From the NCBI GenBank assembly GCA_937958375.1, contig CALGNY010000210.1, positions 1-59,034 of the forward strand: DNA of 59,034 bases. Direction: 5' to 3'. The notes under the pieces were generated by a model, which did no database searches, was not told where the DNA came from, and was given only the letters and a program-made list of their open reading frames with translations. Source of the stretch: an uncultured Bacillaceae bacterium (GTDB taxonomy: Bacteria > Bacillota > Bacilli > Bacillales > Alkalibacillaceae). Made by a program: the position numbers and the translations under genes. This document shows positions 39,910 to 50,030 of the stretch, one piece after another (the first letter of the stretch is position 1; every line of letters starts with the position of its first letter).

Positions 39910-41185
39910 ATCAATTCGAGGAACGTTGAGGGTTCCTGGTGACAAATCAATTTCCCATCGTGCAGCGATCTTTGCCAGTTTAGTAAAAGGTGAAACGACG
40001 ATCCACCGTTTCCTGCAGGCAGAAGATTGCCTACGGACGCTTGAAGCATTTGAAGCTTTTGGGGTGCGTACAGAAATAGGTGAGGACCATGTGAAAATCA
40101 AAAGTGACGGAATGGGTAGCTTTAACCAACCGAATCGTCCCATTGATTTAGGCAATTCAGGTACGACTGCCCGTTTGTTGTCGGGTGTTTTGGCTGCTTT
40201 GCCTTTTCGAGTGGACCTAACCGGGGATCAGTCACTTTCAAAACGTCCGATGAAAAGGGTTACCATTCCACTCGAGGAAATGGGTGCGAATGTTCATTAT
40301 TATAAAACAAATGGACATTTGCCGATGCAGATCGAGGGGAGTAAGCTACAAGATATGACCTACACCATGCCTGTGGCCAGCGCTCAAGTCAAATCTGCCC
40401 TCTTACTGGCTGGATTAACTGGAGAAGTCGATGTGACCGTCATTGAAAAAGCGGTTTCTCGTGACCATACCGAACGCATGATGGAAGCCTACGGGATTCA
40501 TTTGACAAAAGAACGTCAGGCGATTACGCTCAAAGGAAAACAGCAATTAATGGTAAAAGATACGATGATACCCGGTGACTTTTCCTCTGCTGCCTATTGG
40601 ATTGCTGCAGCACTGATTACGCCAGGTAGTGAAGTGACGATTGAAGATGTCGGTTTAAATCCGACACGAACCGGATTCGTAGACGTATTGAAACGAATGG
40701 GAGCAACCATACACATTTCTGAAGAACGAACGGTCAATAACGAACCGATCGGAACCATTACAGCACGTTATTCAACATTAACTTCAACCACATTAATGGA
40801 AGAAGAAGTCCCTACATTAATTGATGAAATACCGATCCTTGCGTTAATTGCGACGCAAGCAGATGGGACGACAAGGCTCGAACATATCGAAGAACTGAAA
40901 TGGAAAGAAACCGATCGAATCCAAGCGATTGTCCAAGCACTGGAAGTCTTGGGAGCCACCGTAAAGCAGACGGAACAGGGAATGGAAATTACCGGAAAAC
41001 AAAAGCTGCAAGGTGGGGACATCCAAACCTTCGGGGACCACCGAATTTCGATGATGGCTCAGATCGCCAGCCTGATTACAGAAGATGATGTCGTGTTGGA
41101 CGACCGAACATGTGTGAAGGTTTCTTATCCTGACTTTTTTGATGACTTTTCGCGTTTGATCGGTAATGATTCGTCCACCGTATGA
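39887..41185 (+). CDS. aroA: EPSP synthase
   Basis: PGDKSISHR, GNSGTT, SAQVKSA, KETDRI, DHRI, SYP. Confidence 0.95.
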   Translation: MSLLNSFKSIRGTLRVPGDKSISHRAAIFASLVKGETTIHRFLQAEDCLRTLEAFEAFGVRTEIGEDHVKIKSDGMGSFNQPNRPIDLGNSGTTARLLSGVLAALPFRVDLTGDQSLSKRPMKRVTIPLEEMGANVHYYKTNGHLPMQIEGSKLQDMTYTMPVASAQVKSALLLAGLTGEVDVTVIEKAVSRDHTERMMEAYGIHLTKERQAITLKGKQQLMVKDTMIPGDFSSAAYWIAAALITPGSEVTIEDVGLNPTRTGFVDVLKRMGATIHISEERTVNNEPIGTITARYSTLTSTTLMEEEVPTLIDEIPILALIATQADGTTRLEHIEELKWKETDRIQAIVQALEVLGATVKQTEQGMEITGKQKLQGGDIQTFGDHRISMMAQIASLITEDDVVLDDRTCVKVSYPDFFDDFSRLIGNDSSTV

Positions 41186-41212
41186 CAGAAGTAAGGAAGG
41201 TGATTCATTAGA

Positions 41213-42466
41213 ATGGATATCATTAACCAGGCTATTCAACTGAAAGACCAAGGAAAAATTACCGAAGCCATTCAGCTTCTTCAAGAGTATCAGCGAACCG
41301 CTGAGGAAGAAGAACGACTGGAGATCGCTCAACTTTTTCAAGAGTGGGGCTTGATGAATGATGCGATTGCGATCTATGAGGATTTATTGCTCTTATATCC
41401 AGAAGATGCGCATATCAAATTACTGCTTGCCGAAATTTACACCGATCTAGGTGATGATGAAAAAGTGATCGATTTGATGGAAACCATCGAACCAGAGGAT
41501 GAGGCTTATGTACCTGCTCTTGTGCAATTGGCTGATCTATACCAATCACAGGGGCTCTTTGAAGTTTCTGAGCAGAAATTATTGGAAGCAAAAGATCTTG
41601 CACCGAATGAACCGATCATTGACCTCGCCCTTGCTGAGTTGGCTTTTTCAAATGGGGAATTCCAGAAAGCGATTCCGTATTATGAGCGACTCGAGCGACT
41701 TGAAGAAGACATATCACTTGTGAATATTCAGGAACGTTTAGCCGAATCCCTATCCTCACTTGGCAATTGGGAAGAAGCCCTCCGCTACTATGAATCGCTC
41801 GAATTAACGCACCCGGATCAATTGTTTAAATACGGCTATACGGCCTACCAGTTGGAGCGGTATCCGGTAGCGATTGAAGCTTGGCAAAAGCTGATCGATA
41901 TCGATGCAGATTACACGAGCGTCTACTCATTGTTAGCGACGTCTATGCATGAAGAAGGTGCCGTACAAGAAGCGTATGATATCTTAGAACAAGGCATTCA
42001 GAAAGACGAATTCAACAATGAATTGTATTTGTTGACTGCAGAATATGCCGTTGAATTAGGAAAAAGAGAAAATGCGGAACATTATTTGAAACAATCATTA
42101 TCGATCGATCCAGGATTTGAAGAAGCTGCCGAACGATTGCTTGAGTTGTACGAGGATGCTGAGGATTATGATGCAGCGAATGAACTCTTAGATGAATTAA
42201 TGCGTTATGAAGGATTTCCAGAATTGTTCTATTGGAGAAAAGCGCAAACGCTGTATGAGTTGGAGAAGTTTGAAGAAGCAAAAGGAATGTACGAAAAAGC
42301 TTTTCCGACTTTCCGTGAGAATCCTGATTTTCTGAAGGAATATGGTTATTTTATGAATGAAGAGGGTGAGCGGGAGAAAAGCCTTAGCTCACTAGAGGCC
42401 TATTTGACCCATCGGCCGGAAGATGAAGAGGTCAAAGAATTTGTTAGCCGATTAACAGAATCATAA
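41213..42466 (+). CDS. ypiA: TPR-repeat protein YpiA
   Basis: Multiple TPR-like helical repeats; follows aroA. Confidence 0.85.
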   Translation: MDIINQAIQLKDQGKITEAIQLLQEYQRTAEEEERLEIAQLFQEWGLMNDAIAIYEDLLLLYPEDAHIKLLLAEIYTDLGDDEKVIDLMETIEPEDEAYVPALVQLADLYQSQGLFEVSEQKLLEAKDLAPNEPIIDLALAELAFSNGEFQKAIPYYERLERLEEDISLVNIQERLAESLSSLGNWEEALRYYESLELTHPDQLFKYGYTAYQLERYPVAIEAWQKLIDIDADYTSVYSLLATSMHEEGAVQEAYDILEQGIQKDEFNNELYLLTAEYAVELGKRENAEHYLKQSLSIDPGFEEAAERLLELYEDAEDYDAANELLDELMRYEGFPELFYWRKAQTLYELEKFEEAKGMYEKAFPTFRENPDFLKEYGYFMNEEGEREKSLSSLEAYLTHRPEDEEVKEFVSRLTES

Positions 42467-42479
42467 GGAGGTGAGCTTC

Positions 42480-43028
42480 ATGGGTGTGAATGTCCAAGAT
42501 AAACAATCGTTCATTCGTTGGTATTTGATCAATCATCCGCCAGAGCAACGCGAGGTGGTTTGGTTACTTGAATATATCATGAAAAGACAGCAGCTTTTAA
42601 AGAAGGTCCATTTCATCTATGAAGCTCATCTGACCCCCAGAAGCATCATCTTATCGAATGTGGAAGACGAAAATCGACCGTTCCGTTTTTATAAAGAACA
42701 TATCGTAACGACGGATGTGGATAAGGCCTTTCATGACATTCGGATGAATCCGGACAAAACATTATATATCGAATTAATCTTTCAGAACGTTCGCCAGTCC
42801 ATGATGTATTCGAGTGTCTTGGAAGAAAACCCGTATCTTCCGGATGACTATTATTTATACAATCAAGATTATGAAGCGATCGATCATTTTCTGGATAATT
42901 TTCAGAAAGTGAACCAACGCAAAGCAATCGAACAAAAAATAAACCAAGCTTTGGACCAAGGGGACGAAAAAGCTTTTCTGAAGTGGAGCAAACAGTTGAA
43001 TGACCTGAACGCAAAGCAAACCGATTAG
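42480..43028 (+). CDS. ypiB: YpiB/ReoY-family protein
   Basis: REVVWLLEY, AFHDIRMNP, LEENP, C-terminal INQALD (IDEAL-like). Confidence 0.85.
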   Translation: MGVNVQDKQSFIRWYLINHPPEQREVVWLLEYIMKRQQLLKKVHFIYEAHLTPRSIILSNVEDENRPFRFYKEHIVTTDVDKAFHDIRMNPDKTLYIELIFQNVRQSMMYSSVLEENPYLPDDYYLYNQDYEAIDHFLDNFQKVNQRKAIEQKINQALDQGDEKAFLKWSKQLNDLNAKQTD

Positions 43029-43043
43029 GGGTGGTGAAAGACA

Positions 43044-43505
43044 ATGAAATGGATCCAGAATGACATCAAACAATACATTTCCGCAAAAGAATATATTGAC
43101 ACCGCGGTGATTCCACTTGTCCCTTATGCTGTTGATAACGATGAGGATATGCTGCAAACTTCATTCCAACAAGAGTTGATGGCATTATATACCCATCAGT
43201 TGGAACAACGATTAAAAGGAAGATTATTTCTATTGCCTGTATATACTTATCTGAAAAACGGTACACTAGAAAAAGAGTTAGAGAGACTGAATGGAATGAC
43301 GGCAGAGATCTTGAAGCAACCATTTAAGCAGGTGTTTTTATTTACCTTTGATAAACAGTGGCGAAAACATCAATCGACGCTTGATGGTGAATTGATTTGG
43401 CTACCGTCCATTCAAAGTGGGGACTTGCAATCCAATGAAGTACGCGAAGTGATCCAATCACAGATTATTGATATTGAAGATTTAATCAAAGAAAGCTGGT
43501 CATAA
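43044..43505 (+). CDS. ypiF: YpiF/DUF2487-family protein
   Basis: MKW..YIDTAVIPL, LKGRLFLLP; upstream of qcrA. Confidence 0.8.
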   Translation: MKWIQNDIKQYISAKEYIDTAVIPLVPYAVDNDEDMLQTSFQQELMALYTHQLEQRLKGRLFLLPVYTYLKNGTLEKELERLNGMTAEILKQPFKQVFLFTFDKQWRKHQSTLDGELIWLPSIQSGDLQSNEVREVIQSQIIDIEDLIKESWS

Positions 43506-43538
43506 TTATGAAAACTTTTCGTCTAAATGGGTTTTTTA

Positions 43539-43567
43539 TTGACCCATTTCGAGCGATGCGCTATCAT
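43539..43567 (+). promoter_or_regulatory. Putative SigA promoter of qcrABC
   Basis: TTGACC-N17-TATCAT. Confidence 0.6.
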
Positions 43568-43638
43568 TATATTGTCCTAATAAATAAGTATTTGAAAAGA
43601 CCCTGTTCGTTGCATCAGATGGTAGAGGGGGGAAAAGA

Positions 43639-44148
43639 ATGAGCAATAAGAAGAACAACCAAGTTTCTCGTCGCCAGTTTTTGAACTACACCTTGACGGG
43701 CGTTGGTGGTTTTATGGGTGCGGCGCTAGTTGCACCAATGGTAGGTTTCGCTGTTGACCCATTACTGAAAGGTGAGCAATCTGGAGATTTCGTATATGTC
43801 CTGGATGAAGACGAAATCACAGACACACCACAGCGAGTCTCATTCCAAATCGATCAAAAAGATGGTTGGGTTGAATCTCAAGTCGAACGGACTGCATGGG
43901 TATACCGTAACAGCAATGGAGATATTTTGGCTTTATCACCAGTATGTACACACTTAGGTTGTACAGTCGACTGGGCAACTCAAAATGAAAACGAATTCTT
44001 CTGTCCTTGTCATGACGGACGTTATGATGCAAATGGAGTAAACATCGCAGGTACTCCTCCGACAGAACCATTACATGAGTACACTTTCAAAATAGAGGAT
44101 GGAAAACTATATCTAAGTCCTCAAACGCACGCAAGAGAGGGGGCATAA
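43639..44148 (+). CDS. qcrA: Menaquinol-cytochrome c reductase Rieske subunit
   Basis: Tat motif SRRQFL, CTHLGC and CPCH. Confidence 0.96.
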   Translation: MSNKKNNQVSRRQFLNYTLTGVGGFMGAALVAPMVGFAVDPLLKGEQSGDFVYVLDEDEITDTPQRVSFQIDQKDGWVESQVERTAWVYRNSNGDILALSPVCTHLGCTVDWATQNENEFFCPCHDGRYDANGVNIAGTPPTEPLHEYTFKIEDGKLYLSPQTHAREGA

Positions 44149-44151
44149 TAC

Positions 44152-44826
44152 GTGTTACGCAAAATGTATGACTGGATTGATGAGCGATTGGATGTAACGC
44201 CGATTTGGCGAGACATTGCCGATCACGAAGTTCCTGAGCACGTAAACCCAGCCCACCATTTTTCAGCATTCGTGTATTGTTTTGGTGGTTTGACGTTTTT
44301 CGTAGTCGTCATCCAAATTCTTTCAGGTATGTTTTTGACCATGTATTATGTACCTGATATCGAAAATGCTTGGGAATCCGTCCGTTACTTACAGACGGAA
44401 GTCGCTCACGGACAAATTGTTAGAGGGATGCACCACTGGGGAGCCAGTGTAGTTATCGTTATGATTTTCTTACATACACTGCGTGTGTTCTTCCAAGGTG
44501 CTTATAAAAAGCCTCGTGAATTGAACTGGATTGTTGGTGTATTATTATTCTTCGTTATCTTAGGTTTAGGGTTTACTGGATACCTATTGCCTTGGGACAA
44601 CAAAGCATTTTTCGCAACACAGGTTGGACTGGAAATTGCTGAAAGTGTACCATTCATAGGTACTGAACTGAAAACATTACTAGCCGGTGATCCTACCATC
44701 GTCGGTGCACAGACCCTGACCAGATTCTTTGCGATTCATGTATTCTTCTTGCCAGCTGTCCTATTCGGACTATTGGCTGCACACTTTATCATGATTCGTC
44801 GTCAAGGAATCAGTGGACCACTATAG
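44152..44826 (+). CDS. qcrB: Menaquinol-cytochrome c reductase cytochrome b subunit
   Basis: YCFGG, RGMHHWGAS, TGYLLPWD, QGISGPL. Confidence 0.96.
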   Translation: MLRKMYDWIDERLDVTPIWRDIADHEVPEHVNPAHHFSAFVYCFGGLTFFVVVIQILSGMFLTMYYVPDIENAWESVRYLQTEVAHGQIVRGMHHWGASVVIVMIFLHTLRVFFQGAYKKPRELNWIVGVLLFFVILGLGFTGYLLPWDNKAFFATQVGLEIAESVPFIGTELKTLLAGDPTIVGAQTLTRFFAIHVFFLPAVLFGLLAAHFIMIRRQGISGPL

Positions 44827-44861
44827 GATTTCATTAGTGAATACAAAAAGGAGGGAATACT

Positions 44862-45722
44862 GTGCAAAAAGGTAAAGGCATGAAGTTTGTCGGTGACTCC
44901 AGAATCAAAGCGGAGCGCCAACGGAACGTTCCAAAAGATTACTCTGAATATCCAGGCAGAACAGAACCATTCTGGCCTAACTTCCTTTTGAAAGAGTGGT
45001 TGGTCGGTGCAGTGTTCTTAATTGGGTTTCTATGCTTAGTTGCCGCACATCCATCTCCATTGGAATTGCAGGCAGACCCAAACAACGCAAGTTATATTCC
45101 ATTGCCTGACTGGTATTTCTTATTCTTATATGAATTATTGAAATATGAATTTGCTTCAGCTGAATATGTCGTGATCGGTACAATCGGTATTCCTGGTTTA
45201 GCATTTGGTGCGTTATTGCTTGCTCCATTCCTTGATAACAAACCAGGTCGCCGTCCAACACAGCGCCCGGTTGCCGTCACATTGATGCTATTGGCTGTCA
45301 CTTCTGTCATTTGGTTGACCTATGAGTCTGTTGCTGCAGTTGACTGGGAAGAAAGAGCTCAATATTCTGTAGAGAATATGGCAGACGTTGAGATCAATAC
45401 GGACCATGCCGGTTATGAAGTCTATGCGAATAACTGTATGAGCTGTCATGGTGAAAACTTAGAAGGTGTACCAGGAATGGCACCTGAATTGATCGGTGTT
45501 CCTTATGATGCAGAAGGCATTATGGACATTGCACAAAATGGTATCGGTGAGATGCCTGCAGGATTATTTAATGGTACGGATGAAGAACTGAATCAACTCG
45601 CGGAATTTATTGTCGAAACAAATTCTGAAGGCGAAGGTTCAGGTTCAGAAGAAGGTGGAGAATCTGAAGGCGGAGAATCCGATTCAGAAGAAAATGGTGA
45701 AGGCGAGGAAGAGTCTGCCTAA
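44862..45722 (+). CDS. qcrC: Menaquinol-cytochrome c reductase cytochrome b/c subunit
   Basis: PDWYFLF, CMSCH heme motif, acidic tail. Confidence 0.95.
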   Translation: MQKGKGMKFVGDSRIKAERQRNVPKDYSEYPGRTEPFWPNFLLKEWLVGAVFLIGFLCLVAAHPSPLELQADPNNASYIPLPDWYFLFLYELLKYEFASAEYVVIGTIGIPGLAFGALLLAPFLDNKPGRRPTQRPVAVTLMLLAVTSVIWLTYESVAAVDWEERAQYSVENMADVEINTDHAGYEVYANNCMSCHGENLEGVPGMAPELIGVPYDAEGIMDIAQNGIGEMPAGLFNGTDEELNQLAEFIVETNSEGEGSGSEEGGESEGGESDSEENGEGEEESA

Positions 45723-45750
45723 CCAACCTTTTTCATACGAATATGAATTG

Positions 45751-45793
45751 AAAGTCGGCAAAATCGATTCCAATGATTTTGCCGACTTTTTTT
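45751..45793 (+). terminator. Terminator after qcrC
   Basis: AAAGTCGGCAAAATC / GATTTTGCCGACTTT plus T run. Confidence 0.85.
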
Positions 45794-45829
45794 AAACCAA
45801 ATATTGCACTAAAGATCGGATGAGAAGAT

Positions 45830-46423
45830 ATGCTCAATGACTTAAAATTTATATTGATGAATCGAACCTTTGTCGTATTATTGCTGATCATCAATATACT
45901 TGGAACGATTTATGGATACATATGGTATGGATGGCAATTAGAAATCACCCCGACAATCTTTATTCCTTTCGTGCCCGATTCTCCAACAGCTTCCTTGTTC
46001 TTTGCGATTGTTTTGATCGGGTTTTTAATGGGAAAGCATTTTAAATATATACAGGCTTTAGCCATGCTCACACTATTCAAGTATGGCGTTTGGGCAGTTG
46101 TCATGAACGTGTTGACCTTCATTGAATTATCGGAAGTCACACCTTCAGGACTGATGCTCCTCGTTTCACATGGGGCAATGGCCATCCAAGGATTGTTATA
46201 TTCTTCATATTACCGGATCGAAATGAAACATCTCATCGTGGCAGCAATTTGGACATTGCATAATGATGTGATTGATTATGTGTATGGAATGATGCCGATT
46301 TACCACCAATTGACGGATTCAATGAATCATGTCGGATATTTCACATTTTGGCTCAGCATCCTTTCCATTTGGCTGGTTTACCGTTATGGAATGAAGTCTC
46401 CTCGTTCTAAAATGACACTTTAA
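45830..46423 (+). CDS. ypjA: DUF1405/YpjA membrane protein
   Basis: GYIWYGWQL, FVPDSPTASLF, HNDVIDY. Confidence 0.85.
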   Translation: MLNDLKFILMNRTFVVLLLIINILGTIYGYIWYGWQLEITPTIFIPFVPDSPTASLFFAIVLIGFLMGKHFKYIQALAMLTLFKYGVWAVVMNVLTFIELSEVTPSGLMLLVSHGAMAIQGLLYSSYYRIEMKHLIVAAIWTLHNDVIDYVYGMMPIYHQLTDSMNHVGYFTFWLSILSIWLVYRYGMKSPRSKMTL

Positions 46424-46434
46424 TAGCATAAGCT
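46405..46434 (+). promoter_or_regulatory. Putative SigE promoter for mini-ypjB
   Basis: TTCTAAA-N15-CATAAGCT. Confidence 0.5.
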
Positions 46435-46464
46435 ATACAAAGGTTCAACCGAGGAGATGGGACC

Positions 46465-46641
46465 ATGCAACGCTTCTTCGAGGATGTTTTAATCGGTGAA
46501 ACGCCCAGTATTGGAAACTTTATCTTAACGACTTCCATCATTTTCACAATCGTAATCGGCTCATTAATATATGTTTCCTGGAGAAAATATAAACAATCGA
46601 AGCAGAGCAAAAAAGTTGATAAAAACGATAAGTTTGACTAA
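46465..46641 (+). CDS. 58-aa membrane peptide resembling the C-terminus of sporulation protein YpjB
   Basis: Own translation: MQRFFEDVLIGETPSIGNFILTTSIIFTIVIGSLIYVSWRKYKQSKQSKKVDKNDKFD; GAGGAG SD; ypjB position; absent from the ORF track. Confidence 0.72.
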   Translation: MQRFFEDVLIGETPSIGNFILTTSIIFTIVIGSLIYVSWRKYKQSKQSKKVDKNDKFD

Positions 46642-46678
46642 AATTGACCTATAGACAGAAAAATAGGGAGGATCTCAC

Positions 46679-47362
46679 ATGTCGATAGGAACCATGCTGA
46701 TTTACTTTGCGGTTTTGCTGATCTTGCCGATGTGGGCGAGCAGCAGAGTTAAAAATACGTACAAAAAATATTCTCAAATACCAAACTCTTCCCAAATGAC
46801 AGGAAGGGAAGTCGCTCTTCGGATTCTACAAGAGAATGGGATTCACGATGTCCGTGTAGAAGAGACAAAAGGTGTATTATCAGACCATTACGATCCCAGA
46901 CAAAAAGTCATTCGTCTGTCTTCAGAAAACTATCACAAACCCTCACAAGCCGGAGCTGCCGTTGCAGCCCACGAAGTTGGACATGCTATTCAACACGCTC
47001 AAGGGTACGGTTTCTTGAAATTCCGTACGGCACTTGTTCCAATGGCTAGCTTAGGTTCCAATATGTCTTACTTTTTGATTATCGGTGGGATGATTATAGG
47101 TGCAAGTGGCCTTTATTTAGCAGGAATTGTCTTAATGGCCTTTGCCGTGTTATTCCAATTGGTCACCTTGCCAGTGGAGTTTGATGCATCCAACCGCGCC
47201 ATGACACAGTTGGTATCAACAGGCGTCATTACGAACAACGAACACCGTGAAACGAAGAAAGTCTTGAATGCGGCTGCATGGACATATGTTGCTGCAGCAG
47301 CAGTTGCCGTCATGGAGCTTGGACGATTCATTCTGTTGTACTTGAGTAGCCAAAACAACTAA
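46679..47362 (+). CDS. Membrane zinc metallopeptidase (YugP-like)
   Basis: DHYDP, AAHEVGHAIQ, TLPVEFDASNRA, AAAWTYVAA. Confidence 0.9.
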   Translation: MSIGTMLIYFAVLLILPMWASSRVKNTYKKYSQIPNSSQMTGREVALRILQENGIHDVRVEETKGVLSDHYDPRQKVIRLSSENYHKPSQAGAAVAAHEVGHAIQHAQGYGFLKFRTALVPMASLGSNMSYFLIIGGMIIGASGLYLAGIVLMAFAVLFQLVTLPVEFDASNRAMTQLVSTGVITNNEHRETKKVLNAAAWTYVAAAAVAVMELGRFILLYLSSQNN

Positions 47363-47366
47363 AACA

Positions 47367-47427
47367 AATAATAAACCCCAAAAAGTAGTCCTGAAATAAT
47401 CGCTACTTTTTGGGGTTTATTTATTTT
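47367..47427. terminator. Bidirectional terminator between convergent genes
   Basis: AATAAACCCCAAAAAGTAG / CTACTTTTTGGGGTTTATT stem. Confidence 0.85.
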
Positions 47428-47454
47428 CTAACCATTTATTTCAGCATTCCTGAA

Positions 47455-48324
47455 TCAATCAAGGGGATTTTTATTTTCATCCAACGTAAATCCTTCACCG
47501 AGTACGTCATGGACCGTCATCATCGAAACAAAGGCATGAGGGTCGATTTCGTTAATCAAGTTCTTTAACTTGATGATTTCATTTCGACCGACAACACAAT
47601 AGATGACTCGTTTTTGCTCTCCTGTATAGCTTCCGCTACCATGCAATACCGTGACGCCTCGATCCATCTCCTTAAGGATTTTGGCTGAAATCTCTTTCTC
47701 ATAATCGGATATGATCAATGCCCCTCTTGCCGCATACGCACCATCTACCATAAAGTCAATGACGCGAGCAGCGATGAAGACAGCCACTAATGTGTACATA
47801 CCTTCGATTTCGTCCAAATAAAAGATAACAGATGCTAAAATGACACACGCATCAAATAAAAACATCGTGCGGCCCATACCCCAGCCGATATATTTATTAA
47901 CGAGACGAGCAATGATATCGACACCACCCGTCGTTCCTCCAAAACGGAAAATAATCCCGAGTCCGACACCGATAAATGAACCCGCAAAGAGCGCAGCCAG
48001 CGTCATATCGTTTTGTAAAGAAAAATCATACGGATAAATTTGAAAAATGGATAAGAAGACCGAAACCATCACCGTACCGATGACTGTGTAAATAAATGTT
48101 GATAATCCAAGTAGTCGCCAACCGATAAGAAATACTGGTATATTTAAGACAAGGTTCATGATGGCAGGATCCCACGAAAAGAGAAAATATAATAAAAGCG
48201 TAATCCCGGTGAATCCGCCTTCTGTCAAATTATTGGCCATGTTAAAATTGACGATACCGAATGAGAAGATAGCTGAACCGATGATGATAAACAATGTATT
48301 TTTAAATTTGATCGGAAATTTCAT
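47455..48324 (-). CDS. ypjC: YitT-family membrane protein (YpjC)
   Basis: EGGFTG, GGTTGGVD, RGVT..G.GSY, IDPHAF..VLGEGF; ATG after AGGAGG. Confidence 0.88.
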   Translation of the reverse strand: MKFPIKFKNTLFIIIGSAIFSFGIVNFNMANNLTEGGFTGITLLLYFLFSWDPAIMNLVLNIPVFLIGWRLLGLSTFIYTVIGTVMVSVFLSIFQIYPYDFSLQNDMTLAALFAGSFIGVGLGIIFRFGGTTGGVDIIARLVNKYIGWGMGRTMFLFDACVILASVIFYLDEIEGMYTLVAVFIAARVIDFMVDGAYAARGALIISDYEKEISAKILKEMDRGVTVLHGSGSYTGEQKRVIYCVVGRNEIIKLKNLINEIDPHAFVSMMTVHDVLGEGFTLDENKNPLD

Positions 48325-48460
48325 GAAACCCCTCCTATGTAACCGACACAAACATTATAGACAATGACAATGACGACATCAATTAAAGTTTTATAATTTG
48401 TCAAAATTCCTTGCTTTAGCTACCATTAGATTAGACGTTCTAGAGTAAGGAGTTACTGAT

Positions 48461-48802
48461 ATGAGCAAAGAAGAGATGACTTTAATAGAGACACAGCAAC
48501 GTGTCGACCGATTTATCAGCCAATTTGAGGAAGGTTATTTTTCGCCTTTAGCCATGATGGCTCGGTTAACGGAAGAAATGGGTGAATTAGCCCGAGAAAT
48601 CAATCATCATTATGGAGAGAAACCGAAAAAATCAACCGAAAAAGAAAAATCAGTGAAGGACGAGCTTGGCGATGTCTACTTTGTTCTAGTGACATTAGCG
48701 AACTCACTTGACATTGATTTAGATGAAGCATTTGAGATCAGCATGTCCAAAATAGAACATAGAGACCAAAACCGTTGGACGAAAAAGGAGAATCAAACAT
48801 GA
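48461..48802 (+). CDS. ypjD: MazG-like nucleotide pyrophosphohydrolase YpjD
   Basis: EGYFSPL, EEMGELARE, ELGD, RDQNRW. Confidence 0.9.
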   Translation: MSKEEMTLIETQQRVDRFISQFEEGYFSPLAMMARLTEEMGELAREINHHYGEKPKKSTEKEKSVKDELGDVYFVLVTLANSLDIDLDEAFEISMSKIEHRDQNRWTKKENQT

Positions 48803-49602
48803 CAGATACAATAAATATGGTTGTGGCTGGACCGCGAGGAAAGATGGGAAGAGAAGCATTAGCATTAATTGAACGAACGGAACACTTTCGACTGGTCGGC
48901 TGCATTGACCGAATAAATCAAGGAAAGTCGGTCCGTGAAATCGAAGGATTGCCGGATTTTGACGCGCCGATTTTCACAGATGCGACAGAAGCATTTGACC
49001 GTGTGAATGCAGATGTATTGGTCGAATTGACGAATCCGGAGGCCGGATATCATCATGCCAAGCAAGCATTATTGCATCAGGTCAGACCCGTCGTCGGAAC
49101 TTCTGGATTCACAACCGAGCAACTGGATGAATTGAAAGGGTTAAGTGAAGAAAATGCTACAGGAATCGTCATTGCCCCGAATTTCGCATTAGGTGCCGTT
49201 TTGATGATGCGATTTGCGAAAGAGGCGGCCAAGTACTTCCCGGATGTCGAGATTATCGAAAAACACCATGATCAGAAATTGGATGCACCATCCGGTACGG
49301 CAGTCAAAACCGCCCAACTGATTCAAGGCGTCCGAGAAAAACATCAGCAAGGTCACCCAGATGAAAAAGAAACGATCGATCACGCGCGGGGAGCAGATCT
49401 TGATGGCATGCGAATTCATAGCGTCAGATTGCCAGGGTTCATTGCCCAGCAAGAAGTCATTTTTGGGATGGCTGGACAAACATTGACCATCAACCACAAT
49501 TCTTCTGATCGTGCATCGTTCATGAGTGGGGTCGAGTTAGCCGTTCATGAAGTGATGAAACGTGATGATTTTGTCTATGGGCTTGAAAATTTAATGGAAT
49601 AG
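48799..49602 (+). CDS. dapB: 4-hydroxy-tetrahydrodipicolinate reductase
   Basis: [30 protein letters not shown]. Confidence 0.96.
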   Translation: MTDTINMVVAGPRGKMGREALALIERTEHFRLVGCIDRINQGKSVREIEGLPDFDAPIFTDATEAFDRVNADVLVELTNPEAGYHHAKQALLHQVRPVVGTSGFTTEQLDELKGLSEENATGIVIAPNFALGAVLMMRFAKEAAKYFPDVEIIEKHHDQKLDAPSGTAVKTAQLIQGVREKHQQGHPDEKETIDHARGADLDGMRIHSVRLPGFIAQQEVIFGMAGQTLTINHNSSDRASFMSGVELAVHEVMKRDDFVYGLENLME

Positions 49603-49613
49603 GTTGTGAAAAA

Positions 49614-50030
49614 ATGAATATTGCACTGATTGCACATGATAAACGGAAAAGAAATCTATTGAACTTTGTCATGGCCTATAAAGAAATATTTAAAGAACAT
49701 GATCTTTTTGCTACCGGTACGACCGGTAAAATGATTAATGAAGAGATTGGTCTTGAAATTACCCGTTTTCAATCGGGACCGCTTGGCGGCGACCAACAGA
49801 TTGGTGCCCAGATTGCGACAAACTCGATGGATTTAGTCATCTTTTTCAGAGACCCCCTGACTGCACAGCCTCACGAACCGGACGTCACCGCATTGCTCAG
49901 ACTATGCGATGTATATCGAATCCCATTAGCGACGAATGAAGCTTCTGCCGAGATTATGGTTCGAGGGATGGAAAATGGTTGGCTTGATTGGAGAAAAATC
50001 AAGGAGTCGACGACGTCGTATAATGTCTAA
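49614..50030 (+). CDS. mgsA: Methylglyoxal synthase
   Basis: [30 protein letters not shown]. Confidence 0.96.
   Translation: MNIALIAHDKRKRNLLNFVMAYKEIFKEHDLFATGTTGKMINEEIGLEITRFQSGPLGGDQQIGAQIATNSMDLVIFFRDPLTAQPHEPDVTALLRLCDVYRIPLATNEASAEIMVRGMENGWLDWRKIKESTTSYNV

Noticed and set aside
46407-46610. 67-aa minus-strand ORF
   Set aside because: Antisense shadow of the better-supported plus-strand mini-YpjB.
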